A stretch of DNA of 63,809 nt, counting the filler, from Choristocarpus tenellus KU-1152 (lineage: Eukaryota > Protista > Phaeophyceae): NCBI GenBank assembly GCA_964200185.2. It is 11 parts of 11 records of this genome, joined end to end, with 100 filler letters (N's around TTAATTAATTAA, not from the genome) between each part and the next. Parts side by side here need not be neighbours in the genome. Positions count along the whole stretch, not along the records: positions 20,292 to 31,080 come from CAXNAD020002709.1; positions 31,181 to 36,686 come from CAXNAD020010584.1; positions 36,787 to 42,997 come from CAXNAD020008674.1; 8 more parts are not named here. One strand, written 5' to 3'. Position 1 is the first letter of the stretch. The number at the start of each line of letters is the position of its first letter. Below are positions 25,528 to 37,242 of this stretch, in pieces. Both the position numbers and the translations under genes were made by a program. The notes under the pieces are model-generated. The model was given only the letters and a program-made list of their open reading frames with translations. It did no database searches and was not told the origin of the DNA.

Positions 25528-25603
25528 TGGTCCAGTCAGGATTTGAGCCCACAACCTCTGATTATGTTAAAGATTGAGATACCACTGTTGCACCAGTTGA
25601 ACG
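25528..25603 (-). pseudogene. Degenerate tRNA-like sequence (tRNA pseudogene or SINE head)
   Basis: Minus strand reads ...TGGTGCAACAGTGGTA...CATAATCAGAGGTTGTGGGCTCAAATCCTGACTGGACCA, with A-box-like and B-box-like motifs at tRNA spacing; stems imperfect. Confidence 0.35.
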
Positions 25604-28302
25604 GTGGTATCTCAATGTTCAACAGCAGCTCACCACGAAAAAGTCTCTGTGGTCACCGAATACATGTTATACTACCTGTGGAGCCTGTGGTTGGATAAGG
25701 GGCCTGGCCTAGGATATCACCCTTCTGAGTACTAGTAGTGGTTGGTATCACCTAGTTTTTGATAGGTGTGAGTTGTTTACTTCATCCGACTCTTTCTGTT
25801 GTGTAAATATGAGTGGATAGATGCCCTTTCACGGGCTTACTGTGGTCATCGATGCCGGAGCTGCTACCTATTAGGTTTTTGTGGGGGGCAGGAGAATGGA
25901 TTCCTGGGCATGTTTACATGTTTACATTTCTTCATTTTACATATTTGTACACTGATATATTAATTTGTTTGTTGAATTTGTTTTGCTGGGTTTTTTCAGG
26001 TACATCTTCTTTCTTTTCAGCTCTAATTTTGTATTACCTTTCTGAACAGGGGTTTGGGCACGTTTTATATTGTTTTTCTCTATGACAATGAGTGCCAAAT
26101 GCTTCAGCATTGTTGTGTCGTGCATCCATCTCATTTGAGAAATCAATCAATCAATCAAAATGGAAGTCTTACTTTCCTCCCCATAACGGCATCTGTGAGA
26201 TGTCAACTAGGAAGTAAAAACAAGAGCCTTCCTTATTGATACTAGAGTCTTAACTTGTTTAGCCAGGAGCATTGTTGCCGACAAAATGTGGAATATTCCC
26301 ATTCTCCACAACTTAAATTCCTACATCTTGCCAGTGGAGTGGCAGGGTGCTAGAGTATTTACCATTTCAACAGTGTAACAAATTGGATTTGTACACATAT
26401 CAGTTTTATACGTATCATTGTGCATCACCCACTAATTTACATTCTTTGCTTGGAATTCCTATGTATGGGTACATACTCCTGGGAGAGGTGGATTGAAGCT
26501 CATCATTTGTGGAATCAGGGACGACTACAATTCAAATTAGGGAAATCCAGGAGGAAAAAATACGCATGTCCCAAAATGTTTGGGCTTTAGCATTGTGGAG
26601 GATACAAAATTATCACTGCTGTATCACCAATGTTATACTCTGTATTGAATTACATAAGTCTGAGGGCCATGGTCAAGAGGTACCCAGAGCCATAGAAGTA
26701 ACAAAGACGACAGAACTATTTATGTATACAGAAAAATATATATAGAAAAAGGCGTTGTGTAGAAAACTTGGAGTCACACCTGGTCCATCTAAGGTACCAC
26801 ACTTACAGCATATTACCAAGAACTGAGATACAGAAATTGTAAATCCGAGAAAAGAGAAACAAGGAAAAGCAATGTTGATTGGGATGTAGTGAGTGGGGTT
26901 GTGCCCTACATGCATTTCTTAGGTTCAAACCCCATTGATGACAGGCTTCTTTTAAATAAATTCTGGTTTATATTCTCCGAAGTAAATGTGGCAAGCAATG
27001 AAGATGGTACACCTCTACATGTACTATCCTATCGGTAGGTTTGGTACAAAAATGCCAGACCAAGAACAGTATGGTAAGGTCCAGCTCAACGTAAAAGAGA
27101 GGATATGAAACGATGAATGATGGGATGGCTGAATCCAATGCACGAAAAGCAAGGTATAAGCAGAGGGAGGCTATACAGTTAGTTTTGCTGGCGGATTTCC
27201 TTGGGATTTGGTCTAGGCATGGGGATGGAAAGGAAGGTATGTGCAGATGAGGAAATTTGTCGTTACATCTGACACGTTCACTAGTATGACATGAAAATAC
27301 TAAATGGTCACACAGACCCCAACTGAACGCCTGTCACCCCCTCTGGGATACTATGGACGTGTTCGTTCTACTTTCCTAGCCTTAAATGAGCAGCATGCTG
27401 ATCAGCTACACAAACTTGAGGCAACGTGATCCCTTTGCTCGCCAATGAAGGTGCCTCTGTCTCCGTTTAGACTATTCTTAGTTTGACTTTACGGACACAG
27501 CAAATGGTGGCTTAAATTTTTGCTTGCTGCCCATTTTGAACCCTCTATTGCTCCTTGGCTAGGACAAGCATCAGGATTCATGCTTTTGTGCCCTGCGTGA
27601 ACAGATGGAGTGCTGCGCCAGTTAAAGCATTTTCTTGTCCATTACAGCTCAGCAAAAAATTGACAAAAAGCATGTAAAAAAGTTGAAAAAAAAGTTCAAT
27701 TCCATTTGCTGGAAGTCAATCACCCACTCTCCTACTGGCTAACATTATGTTTTCCCACAAGTATGTCCTTGATTATTCTACACTGGTTCATAACAGACCA
27801 AGAATCGGTAGGTAGAATAATTAGCTCGGGCAATGGATTGAAAAACTGGTGATATGCTCGACTCGAGATTGTAGGTTTGGGCTACGTCACAACTACGTTT
27901 TTCAGCTCTCATTCCTGACCCTGTCAGCTCTTGTGTGAAACTGTATCGTTTAAAAAGTTTCTTTAACACCCTGTTACACATATTTGACAGTTGAGAAATT
28001 TGAACAACTGCTGGAGGCCAGATGGAGTCATTTCGTTCTGCTCACTATGATCACCTCTTTTACCCAAGTAGACAGTTCATTCCACAATTGTCAAATACAA
28101 GATAATGAAAGATCCCATCTGATTATGTATTGTATTGAGAATTTGAACATCCCATCATCTTCTTCTTGTCCTTTTCTGTATACTATTTAGAGAGTAACCA
28201 CCAGATATTGACCCCAGTCGAGATGCCCTTTTTGTAGTATCCAGCAATCCCCACCCCACCCTTTGTCTTTCACCCCCACCCAAACACCAATATGTTGGGA
28301 AG

Positions 28303-28380
28303 GTGACCTTGTTGAACCCAAGCGCCATGATAACACCAATTTTGGATTCTTGCAACGAGAACTACATCAAGTGCCATGCG
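28303..28380 (+). CDS. SDR exon c
   Basis: AAG|VTLLNPSAMITPILDSCNENYIKCHA|GTGAGA; matches the SDR VxxxxPGxxxT segment; phase 0 on both sides. Not in the ORF track. Confidence 0.8.
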
Positions 28381-28827
28381 GTGAGAAGGGTTGAGCCTGA
28401 TAAGCGCATTGATAAGTATTGTAGTACATAATATCTGCTCTTGTGTGCCACACATGGCATTCAGAAGATATGATAGGAAATTCCTTTAATCACTGTCCAC
28501 AACCTAGGCTGTATTGCGTTCTTTCTGTGTTTCCGTAGCTTTTTCTTCAAAGAGGTAGAGTGCATACTGCGCACTGTACCCATCATGCTGCATTGCAGGA
28601 AGCTTCATGTCCACACTTTCATGCACGGAAGGATGCCTACAAACCCTGCACCTCTGTTGTTGAGCAAGTAGACTGTTTCCCTTTTCTGCTGCCCCCAAAA
28701 GCACTCCTGCCTTGTGTCTCCTACTTAACTCGATGTGCTTGTTCACCATTACCGTATTCCAAAACTGGTCACCATCTTTTCACTTTTCCACCTTACATGC
28801 CTTTTTTGTCACGAACAATCGGCGAAG

Positions 28828-28991
28828 AAAGCATCCCCAGCAGCCAAGAAACTGTATGGCGAAGATTACGTCCAAAAAGTAATTGAGTCAAGGCAACCCG
28901 AAAAGCTTCCTCCATTCTTGTCTTTTGACACACCTGATGTGGCTGTGATGGACATATGTAGGGCTGTTGGATCAAAGAAGCCCCAGACCAG
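28828..28991 (+). CDS. SDR exon d (probable GC donor)
   Basis: AAG|KASPAAKKLYGEDYVQKVIESRQPEKLPPFLSFDTPDVAVMDICRAVGSKKPQTR; YGxxY and PxxR(Y) are typical of RDH/BDH1-like SDRs; donor AG|GCAAGA. Confidence 0.8.
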
Positions 28992-31226
28992 GCAAGACTA
29001 TGAATGCACAATGTTTCTTGGGGGGTGTCTTAAGTTTGGGGAAGATGATGATCCCATTCATTGGTGCTTGATGGTGTAAAATGATGCCCGTTTCAAAGTG
29101 TTCCAGAAGGATAGCATGATTCTCAGTCTTAGGTGCCATTCGAGTGTTTTTTTGTTTTTTTTCAGTGGATGAGGGTGAGATGGTGTGTATGGATACCAAC
29201 CACTATATGTCTTGCCTTCCTTTTGTGTCGTGGTCAGGAGATAATGTTGTGTGAGATTACTAAGTATTATGTGATCTTACTGAATGCTAAGGTGGGTTTC
29301 GCCAGTCTCTCCAGAGAAATAGGCCTGTCATTTAGAAGGTTCAAGAAAATAAAGAGCTTACAGCCTGCTTTTTTGTATACTTGGTGAAAACTCTCTCATC
29401 ACCAGAAATGTTTGTCTTTACTATTTATTAAGATTACTGCTAAGGGAACTGTCTAGAACTGTTGATGGGCTTGCCCTATAGTATATTTGTGGTCCAAGCA
29501 ACACATTATTCACAATAAATCGCCCACCACTCACAGAATTATTACAAAATGTTGGTATTTTACCAATTGAACAAAGCAATACTGGAAAGCTCTACTATCT
29601 CAAGCAGAAAAGATATCACATTTTTTTTTAAAGTTTTTCAACTCTGACCAGTCAACCATTATTAGATCTTGAGCCTGCACTGTGGTTGATCTTTTCAAGA
29701 TGCAGACGCTACATTAAATATACTGTATTGTGAGGAAAATGTCAAAGACTGTACCTTTTCAGGTCTCTAGAGTATTATTTGCTTTTAGTATACCAGAAAG
29801 TACACAGTCTCCTACTATGTTTGTCAATTGCTTTGAAAAGAGAATCTCAGTCTGAGATGCTACTTTTCTCTTGAGAAAATGTGGTCTAAGCCTATCGCTC
29901 TATGTGACAGCTTTGATTCACTCAGTAGCTACCTGTGGCCAGACCATTTGGCGCTCTGGAGCTTGGGGGCGGAGTCTCTGATCCGCATGATATATGCCAA
30001 TCATATATTGATTTGTTCTTGGAGAGGATTGGCAATACTTACTCACACCAACATATCTTTGGGTGTCTCGGAGGACCAATTCTGATTTATATGGTGTCGA
30101 TTAAGGTCATTATGACATAATTTCGGGACAAATCACAGCCCCAAATATATTTATTGTATGATCCATACTCTAATTTCTAGACCACAGGTGGGAAATCTAC
30201 CTTCTTGATCTAGTTCAGAGATACCGATTTATTGTTGTTTGAGTTGCTTACCATAACGATCTAACTAGTTATTGTTGGGCATTAAAATCTGGATGTTTTG
30301 GTGACCTATTAGTTCTGGTTCAAAACCTAAACCCATTTCAATAATAGACGCAATACTACATATTATTGGTAACACATGGCTTCTCGGGCAATTGGGATTG
30401 TGTTGCCAGGGCCATGTGTGGTGCTATAGAGCAGTGATTTTTGTTTTTCCGTAAGTACATGATATTTCCAGTCTGTTGGATGGTGCGATGAGGAGGGAGA
30501 AGTGCTCCCAACGTGAAAACATCTTTGGGGAGGTAGGTCAAAGACACGCCAGACAGTTGTCTTGCTAGATATACCAAAGCAATGCATAGATTTTTCTGGA
30601 GGCCAGTAATGGAGTTGCTTTGTTTTTTGCAAGAGTGTATCATTTTGTTGGTTGTCTCAATAAACTGTATAGGAGTATGCCATCCAATTATTGACAGTGT
30701 TTTGGGTTGATGCACGTCTTACTGATAGAGGATTATTTTCAAACAGAATCCACTTTTTTGGTTGGTCGAAATCAAGTAGTTCCCAGATTGTTAAGCTGGA
30801 CAGAAAATCTAGTGGTACTTATCTTTTTAGTTGATAGAGATGGAAAAGAGATGAAGGCCAGCATGGAGTAAATACACCAAACGCCTCTAGATGCTCCAAA
30901 CACCATGAGTGACAGCTGGCCTGTTTGTGAGTTCAAGCCTCCCATTGGCACTACCCTAATTTTTTTTTGTATTGAATGTGCTCACTTGAAGCATTAATGT
31001 TGTGAGATGAAATCACTGTGGCACACCCCTGCCCCCCCCCCCCCACCCCCCGCCGTAAACCCCATCCCACCCCCGCCCCANNNNNNNNNNNNNNNNNNNN
31101 NNNNNNNNNNNNNNNNNNNNNNNNTTAATTAATTAANNNNNNNNNNNNNNNNNNNNNNNNNNNNNNNNNNNNNNNNNNNNTTAGGGGTGGTGTCTTGGAG
31201 TAGAAGGGTTTGGTGTGTGGGGGGGT

Positions 31227-31278
<52 letters not shown>

Positions 31279-31451
31279 GGGGAGGGAATGAGATGGCCAA
31301 CTGTTTCAAGGCCGTGTCGGTTTTATTTGGAGCACTTTTTCTTTGACACACCTTCTGCGCTAGGGAGAATGTGTGTGTGTTTCTTTGCCTGTCTGTGTCC
31401 ACTTTTTTGCCAGGCTTTTTTTTAGCAATTGTTGTCCAGGCTCTCTCGCAG

Positions 31452-32558
31452 GATCTGTTGCTCTGGCACCATCCTTCGGCCTATACTTCCGATTTTATTG
31501 TGGTTTGTGTATTGAGGCGATGGATAGAATCGAAAAAGGTGTTTGGGGTGATAGCACTCGACCCAGCAGGACTTGCCCCTGAAAGAGGTCCTTGAAAAGC
31601 GAAGATTTTTCCTCCCCAACCCTTTTTATAGAGAGATGTAAAGAAAAAAAGTCTTACCAATTCAGAACCTAATTGTTTTGAAAACTACCCCTCAACATAT
31701 ATATATATATATATATCTGTATGCAAAGATTTTTTTTTTTGGCATGTTTTTGTGTATATTATTGATGATTTGTTCTTCTCCAAGAGATATTTGTCTCTGA
31801 GGGTGTTAAGTGTCCATCCAATCAGTTTTGGGAGGTTTTACATCGAATTATGATCAAAGTCAGGAGGAGGCTAGTTCATGGTGATTGTTGCTATAGATGC
31901 TATAAACAGAAACAGATAACACTACAATGGCAACGGCATTTTTTGCTGGCAACATGTAGCTGAGAACCTCGCTACATATTGCCTTAGGGTTAGGGTTAGC
32001 ATCACTGGGCTCCTCCCGTGTTTTCATATATGTTTGTTGAGTTTGTTTGTACTGTGCTGGATGCATAAGCGCACTTGTCATTAGGTCTAGAGGTAAAACA
32101 ATGTTTTTCTGTTTAATTTCTGGCTCTTTCTGAGCTCGATTTACGTTCATTTCAGTTGGTCATGTTTTGAATGAGATCTTCAACATATACAACAAAGAAA
32201 TGGAACCCCCCCCCCCCCCCTCCTCTTATTTCTTTCTTTTTTTTNNNNNNNNNNAAAAAAGAAAGGCGCCCCCCCCCCCCCCCCCCGTGAGATCATGTCA
32301 GTCTATGTGCATAGTGTCCTCCACCCTCAGAAGGTCCCTTCAACTCATGGCAATAATTGTTGTTCTTGCTGCTACAGGGAAGTGTGTCTCAATTATAAGG
32401 GGGATTGCGTCGACATCACGGAGAACATTGGTGTGCTTTTTGCATCTGTGGTTATGACTGCTGGTGTTGCTGTCCTCTCCACTGCGGTCCTCCTTGTCAA
32501 CACGTGTGTTTGCCTTCTGGTGGCACCGCCCGACCCTGAGGATGAACTGATCGGCTGA
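31452..32558 (+). CDS. Tentative 3' end of a membrane-protein gene (exons 31452-31502, 31910-31955, 32378-32558)
   Basis: Phase-compatible GT-AG joins give ...SVALAPSFGLYFRFYC-ETDNTTMATAFFAGNM-EVCLNYKGDCVDITENIGVLFASVVMTAGVAVLSTAVLLVNTCVCLLVAPPDPEDELIG*; long hydrophobic helix; no family recognised. Confidence 0.45.
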
Positions 32559-33759
32559 ATAGGTGGAAGGCGTGTCTTTTTATTTTGTACACCGTTGTCG
32601 AGTTTTTGTTGTTTTTTGTTTGTTTGAGATGTTGTCTTCACTCATCTGTTCTATTCCGTAGTGATTGATGATGTAGAAGGGTATACCTTAGATGTGCATA
32701 TACCACAGAAAAACGGCCTCTGGTGAAGTTTTGGAAATGCTCATCACTGGATGTGGCCGCCCAAGGGGGGTAGGGAAATTGAACTGTGTGTGATGACTCC
32801 CATCCTTTACTGTCCACTGCTGAATATAGCTGGCAGTGAGGATGTAGGGCGAACTGCACCTGATTGGCTCATTGCTATGCAGTTGTTATTTCATTGGTCT
32901 GTATATTGCTTATCATTCCAGAGTGTCGTCCCCTGTTGCCCTCGAATCCATTTTTTTCTTTTTATCTAGCATGACTCTGAGTGTAGTGTGTTATCAAAAA
33001 GATTCCGTTCCTAGACTGAAATGAAATTATTTCGAGAGAGGAGAGTGGTTCCTTCCGTTGATTGGATCAAAGCCACATTTTCCTGTCAAAGTTGTTGACC
33101 CTTGCGTTTTGTGTAGCCACATGCTGATGTGATGGAGGTGTGAAGACTCTGGGTGTATTATTGTACCTGTTGTGTTTGTGTTTTTGTGTTGAATGTTTGG
33201 TGTACCAGAGTGTCCGGTTCTGATTGTTTTATTTTTTATTTTTTATGGCTTGTTTGTTTGTTTGTTCTATATTGCTCGTCTAGAAATCGTGGTTGGGGGT
33301 ATTTTTTGTGTTCCTGCAATGTGGAGGTGTCTCTGACTGCGGTTTGAGACTGATTAGGTTTTAAGTGTGGCCCTTAGTGTTAGTCCCAGACAAAACCATT
33401 GACAAAACATATACTTGAACTAAATTGTGGGGTTTGTGATTGTCCACAATCACTTATGTATGAATTACTGCATGGTTAGTCGCACTAGATGGATAAGTGA
33501 ATATAGAATGCTAATCATATTCCTATATATTATTATTATTTTCTTTAGCTGGGGAACTTTCCCAGCATATGTGGACAGAGCCACTGCACATTACTAGCAT
33601 GACTGTGGGGCCGGCTTGCGGGCTAGCTTCTAGGAAATAGAGCCCCTAGCTGGTGAGGGGTCCTGCTGGAGGTGAGAATTTAGAGGGCTAGCTCCCGTTC
33701 TGCTTCACTTTCCCTGCTTCACTGAAATGCATTGCTGTATTGAGTCAAAGTAAAAGAGA

Positions 33760-34443
33760 GCTACCAAGAGTTGCATTTTTAAGGATGCCAGCAATTGTGT
33801 ACAAAAAAATTCAGCTTTTTTTGCAAGAATGTGGAGGATATTTTCTGAATTCTGTAAAACAAAAAATTAAACGCTAGCTAAATGAACGTTTTTGCATCAA
33901 AACTTAGTGCTTCATCTATGGAAATATGTTTGAATTGAAAAAAAAATATGAAAAACTGACTTGAAGTGTAAGAAGGTCAAAACCTGGGTACCTTTTGCTT
34001 ATTTTACTTTTGGCTCATTTATTGGTCAGTGGAGCAATGAGTTTTCCAGCAAATAGTGCATTACACTCCAGATTTTATTATGTATCACTTCTGACCTGTC
34101 TGTCCCAGCAGTTGCCTAAGGCGTGCAGTAGTCACTGCAACAAGAACAGCGCGCATCACATAGAATGACCACCTTTTGTTTCTTCTCTCGTGTGAAAAGG
34201 TTTTGTCAAAAGAGTTATCGTGTTTGTGAGGGAGAATTAAGAGGAGGGCACATAAGTAGCATTTAATGAAAAGACAGAACACCCTTTACTACTGACCCGA
34301 AATAAAAGAGAGATACCCAATTTTTGGCTGTTTTGCATTATAGGCCAGTTTTTTTTCATCTCTTTCAATTTACCTATACTACTATTGTTTCTATGGATGA
34401 AGTGCTAAGTTTGACACAAAAGGACTGATTTCTCTATTGTTTG
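33760..34443. repeat. Degenerate fold-back repeat family D; homologous fragment at 58230-58470
   Basis: AAAACTTAGTGCTTCATCTATGGAAA (~33900) is inverted at ~34390. 34300-34443 resembles 58230-58364 (TGATTTCTCTATTGTTTG); 33760-33810 inverted resembles 58420-58470. Confidence 0.45.
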
Positions 34444-34444
34444 A

Positions 34445-34629
34445 AGCCCAAAGTATCTGGGGGGGGAGCAGAGTGGCGGCTGTCCATTTGGGGTCAATTT
34501 TTTCATGTCGCAATTTTTGGGTGATTTGGTTGCATACGTTGAATGGATAATGTAAGTGCACTTTTCCTGGTCTTGGCCCAAATGGACACCCTGGTGTAGA
34601 CCGCCCCACCCCCCCAGATACTTTGGGTC
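34445..34629 (-). mobile_element. MITE family B, complete copy
   Basis: TIRs GCCCAAAGTATCTGGGGGG / CCCCCCAGATACTTTGGGTC; subterminal GTCCATTTGGG / CCCAAATGGAC. Confidence 0.88.
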
Positions 34630-35019
34630 TTTCGCGTAAAACATTGTACCAGGTAGAGGTTGCTGCTACTCTAACCACAGACCAGCAAAGCCCTACTTTC
34701 ATTTTAGTTCCAACTCTGGCCCTAAAGTTGCTCCCTGCAGACGTTCCTTACACATGACATCAAATCTTCTGTAGTTTTTCTTTCCTACATCGACATCATG
34801 ACATCACATGCGAATGACTTACAGTCGAACTTTGTGTACCCTACCCCTCACTGGAATTCATCCACATCTTTTGTCCTATTATTTGATCCAGCCGCTGTGT
34901 ACTCCCAGCCTTTTCCCAACCTTTTCCATACAGGAAGTACATAGCATCTCTTTTTCTGATAAAATTCCGAGATGTTGTTCTATACTCTGGATCATTGCCG
35001 CGGATGAAGAATGCACAAA

Positions 35020-35284
35020 GAGTGAAAGTATCTTAGAGAGTACGAGTTTTTCCCTGTTTGACCGTTTGGGGCTGGACTTCCCAAGTTTTTTTTTTATGAC
35101 ATTTTACCTACTCTCAAAATATTTCGGAGTAGGTAAAGTGTATACGTTATAAAAAAGGTGTGTACGGAACAAGGATACTGACACTTCCTAACAAACACGA
35201 TGGACAAAATTACATCAAAATCGCAACATTGGATTTTGTGCCCCCAAAGCGGATGCGGCTCTACCGTCTAAGGTACTTCGATTC
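35020..35284 (-). mobile_element. MITE family A, complete copy
   Basis: GAGTGAAAGTATCTTAGAGAGTA...CTACCGTCTAAGGTACTTCGATTC; TSD eroded. Confidence 0.88.
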
Positions 35285-35486
35285 TAATCCAATTACTTTG
35301 CAGCTGGACTATTCGCCGCTTTGTCTAAAGAGTCAACTGTATAAAGCATCCGAGCAATGCTTTGCCTTCCCTCTAAGCAGTGCTCAGAACTTCTCTCACA
35401 AGAGGCAAGCAAGAACCCTCGCTGACCCATCGCAGCAAAAAAAGTGCAAAAAACAACTGAAAAAAGATATGCGTGAATGCAATCAT

Positions 35487-36590
35487 ACCTCCTCGTGTGC
35501 ATCAATTGTGTCCTTCCAGTCCTCCTCACCAACTTCTTCCGTCACTTCAGTTGTTGCTGTTGCGATAACTTCTGCTCCCCACCCGCTCTCCCTCAACGCT
35601 CCACAGGTGGCTTGGTCAAAGCATGCGTGTGAAGCCTTTAGAAGAGTAGCATATGATGCCATATGCTGCTCTCCCACTCCCTCCCCCCTAAGCGTTTTAT
35701 CTTCTTGTGGTGGAGGAAACAGTTGTTCGAATCCATTGCTTTGAAAGCACTCAGACTCTGTATCTTCCTGTGGGTGGAGTGTGTTGCTCTGAGGGCACAA
35801 TTACACGACTATGAATGGCTCACCTGATGCTACAAAGGGGATTTTTTACCTATAAGGAAGAACACGCTACTTTGGTCTAGGGATAAGCATAAGAAGTTGG
35901 ACCGTTCATTGAAGTTTAGTATGAGGCCATAGTCCAGATGTAGGATCTGCAAGGATAATGGGAAGCTGTGAGTGCAAGTAAGTGGCTCTGATGTTCATCG
36001 TCAGTAGGTACAAGGTATGGGTGTGAAGAACAACGAGCAGAAATTGAAAGATGGAGTAAACACCCAAACTCTCTGCCTTGTAACACACATTGCTGCACAC
36101 CTAAAGCTGGTCCTCAGAGTACCAGGATCTATCATGTAGCAGGCAAAACTCCAAACTAACCTACACAACACACTTTATTGTGGTGCACAGAGCCTCCACC
36201 TGGCTAGAATGGCACCCTAGATTGGCTCACCTCCCACAAGTCCCCTTTCCTTTCCCTCAGTATTATCCACCCAGCACCCGAACCCTTGCCTCAAACCTAC
36301 CCTCCTCCCTGATCAGCAGTGGTTTGGATGAAAGAGAGATTTGGAATATTTCATACTCCTCAAACTCTTCTCAAGCTTGTGCAACAAAACGTCCTCCTCT
36401 CACTCACCCAAGCCACATTCCTGCCCGTCACTGCACTTTGGAAAGATTTTTGACTCTCCCCTCCATGGAGGCGCCTCTTTGCCTTAGCAGCCTCCTGCCT
36501 AATGTAACGCTGGTAATCCGTCGGATGAACATCAATGAGTTTCATTGTGTCAGTTATGACGGCCTGCTTGACCCTGGTAGGAGGTCAGGA
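35487..36590 (-). CDS. Possible exons of an unidentified gene or pseudogene
   Basis: Open segments MKLIDVHPTDYQRYIRQEAAKAKRRLHG... ending at GG|GTGAGT and ...EEVGEEDWKDTIDAHEE ending at GAG|GTATGA; no family motif. Confidence 0.3.
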
Positions 36591-36617
36591 GTGGAATAAA
36601 AAAGACAGGTTAGGACA

Positions 36618-36686
36618 GAGCCAAAGTATCTTAGAGGGTAGAGCCGCGTCCATTTGGGGGTCAAAATCCAATGTTACGATTTTGAT
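36618..36686 (+). mobile_element. MITE family A left end, truncated at linker
   Basis: GAGCCAAAGTATCTTAGAGGGTAGAGCCGCGTCCATTTGGGGG. Confidence 0.85.
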
Positions 36687-36788
36687 NNNNNNNNNNNNNN
36701 NNNNNNNNNNNNNNNNNNNNNNNNNNNNNNTTAATTAATTAANNNNNNNNNNNNNNNNNNNNNNNNNNNNNNNNNNNNNNNNNNNNAA

Positions 36789-37242
36789 CAGTCAAACCAA
36801 CAAGGAGTCTCAAATTATCTGGGGGGGGGAGGGGGTGGTGGCTGTCCATTTGGGGTCAATTTTTTATGTCGCGATTTTTGTGTAATTTGGTTGCATATGT
36901 CGGGTGGATAATGTATGTGCACTTTTCCTGGTTATGGCCCAAATGGACACCCTGGTGTAGAATCCCCCACCCACCCCCAGATACTTTAGGTCAAAGGTAG
37001 ATAGGCTTAGACACTTTGCATTCTAAGTCATCAATTCTTACCCTGTTCAATATGCCCTATTTCGTTGCTTCATGTCCACAACAGTTCACGCAAAATCGAT
37101 ATTCCTCCTTCTTTCCACATACCAAATAATGACACTACAAGTAAGCGAAGTCTCTTTCTGTAGTTGTATAAAATGGCGTATTTTTGTCCTTTCTCAGGAT
37201 CCTTAAAATGCAACCCTGCCTACCTCTCAATTGGTTTGGCTC
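36789..37242 (+). mobile_element. MITE family C with a family B copy (36807-36992) nested in its left TIR
   Basis: CAGTCAAACCAA...[family B]...AGGTAGATAGGC rebuilds the family C left TIR; the right TIR CCTGCCTACCTCTCAATTGGTTTGGCTC is intact. Confidence 0.75.

Noticed and set aside
31452-31502. Final SDR exon (DLLLWHHPSAYTSDFIV frame)
   Set aside because: It lies across a linker on a probably unrelated contig, and fits a different spliced model.
31984-31999. Telomere (TTAGGG)n
   Set aside because: Fewer than three units and interstitial; a similar short run occurs near 12267.
35160-35744. 194-aa ORF, and similar ORFs at 3376, 18277, 54078, 58516, 58814 and 58892
   Set aside because: They read through non-coding MITE sequence; the shared peptides reflect the repeat, not a gene family.
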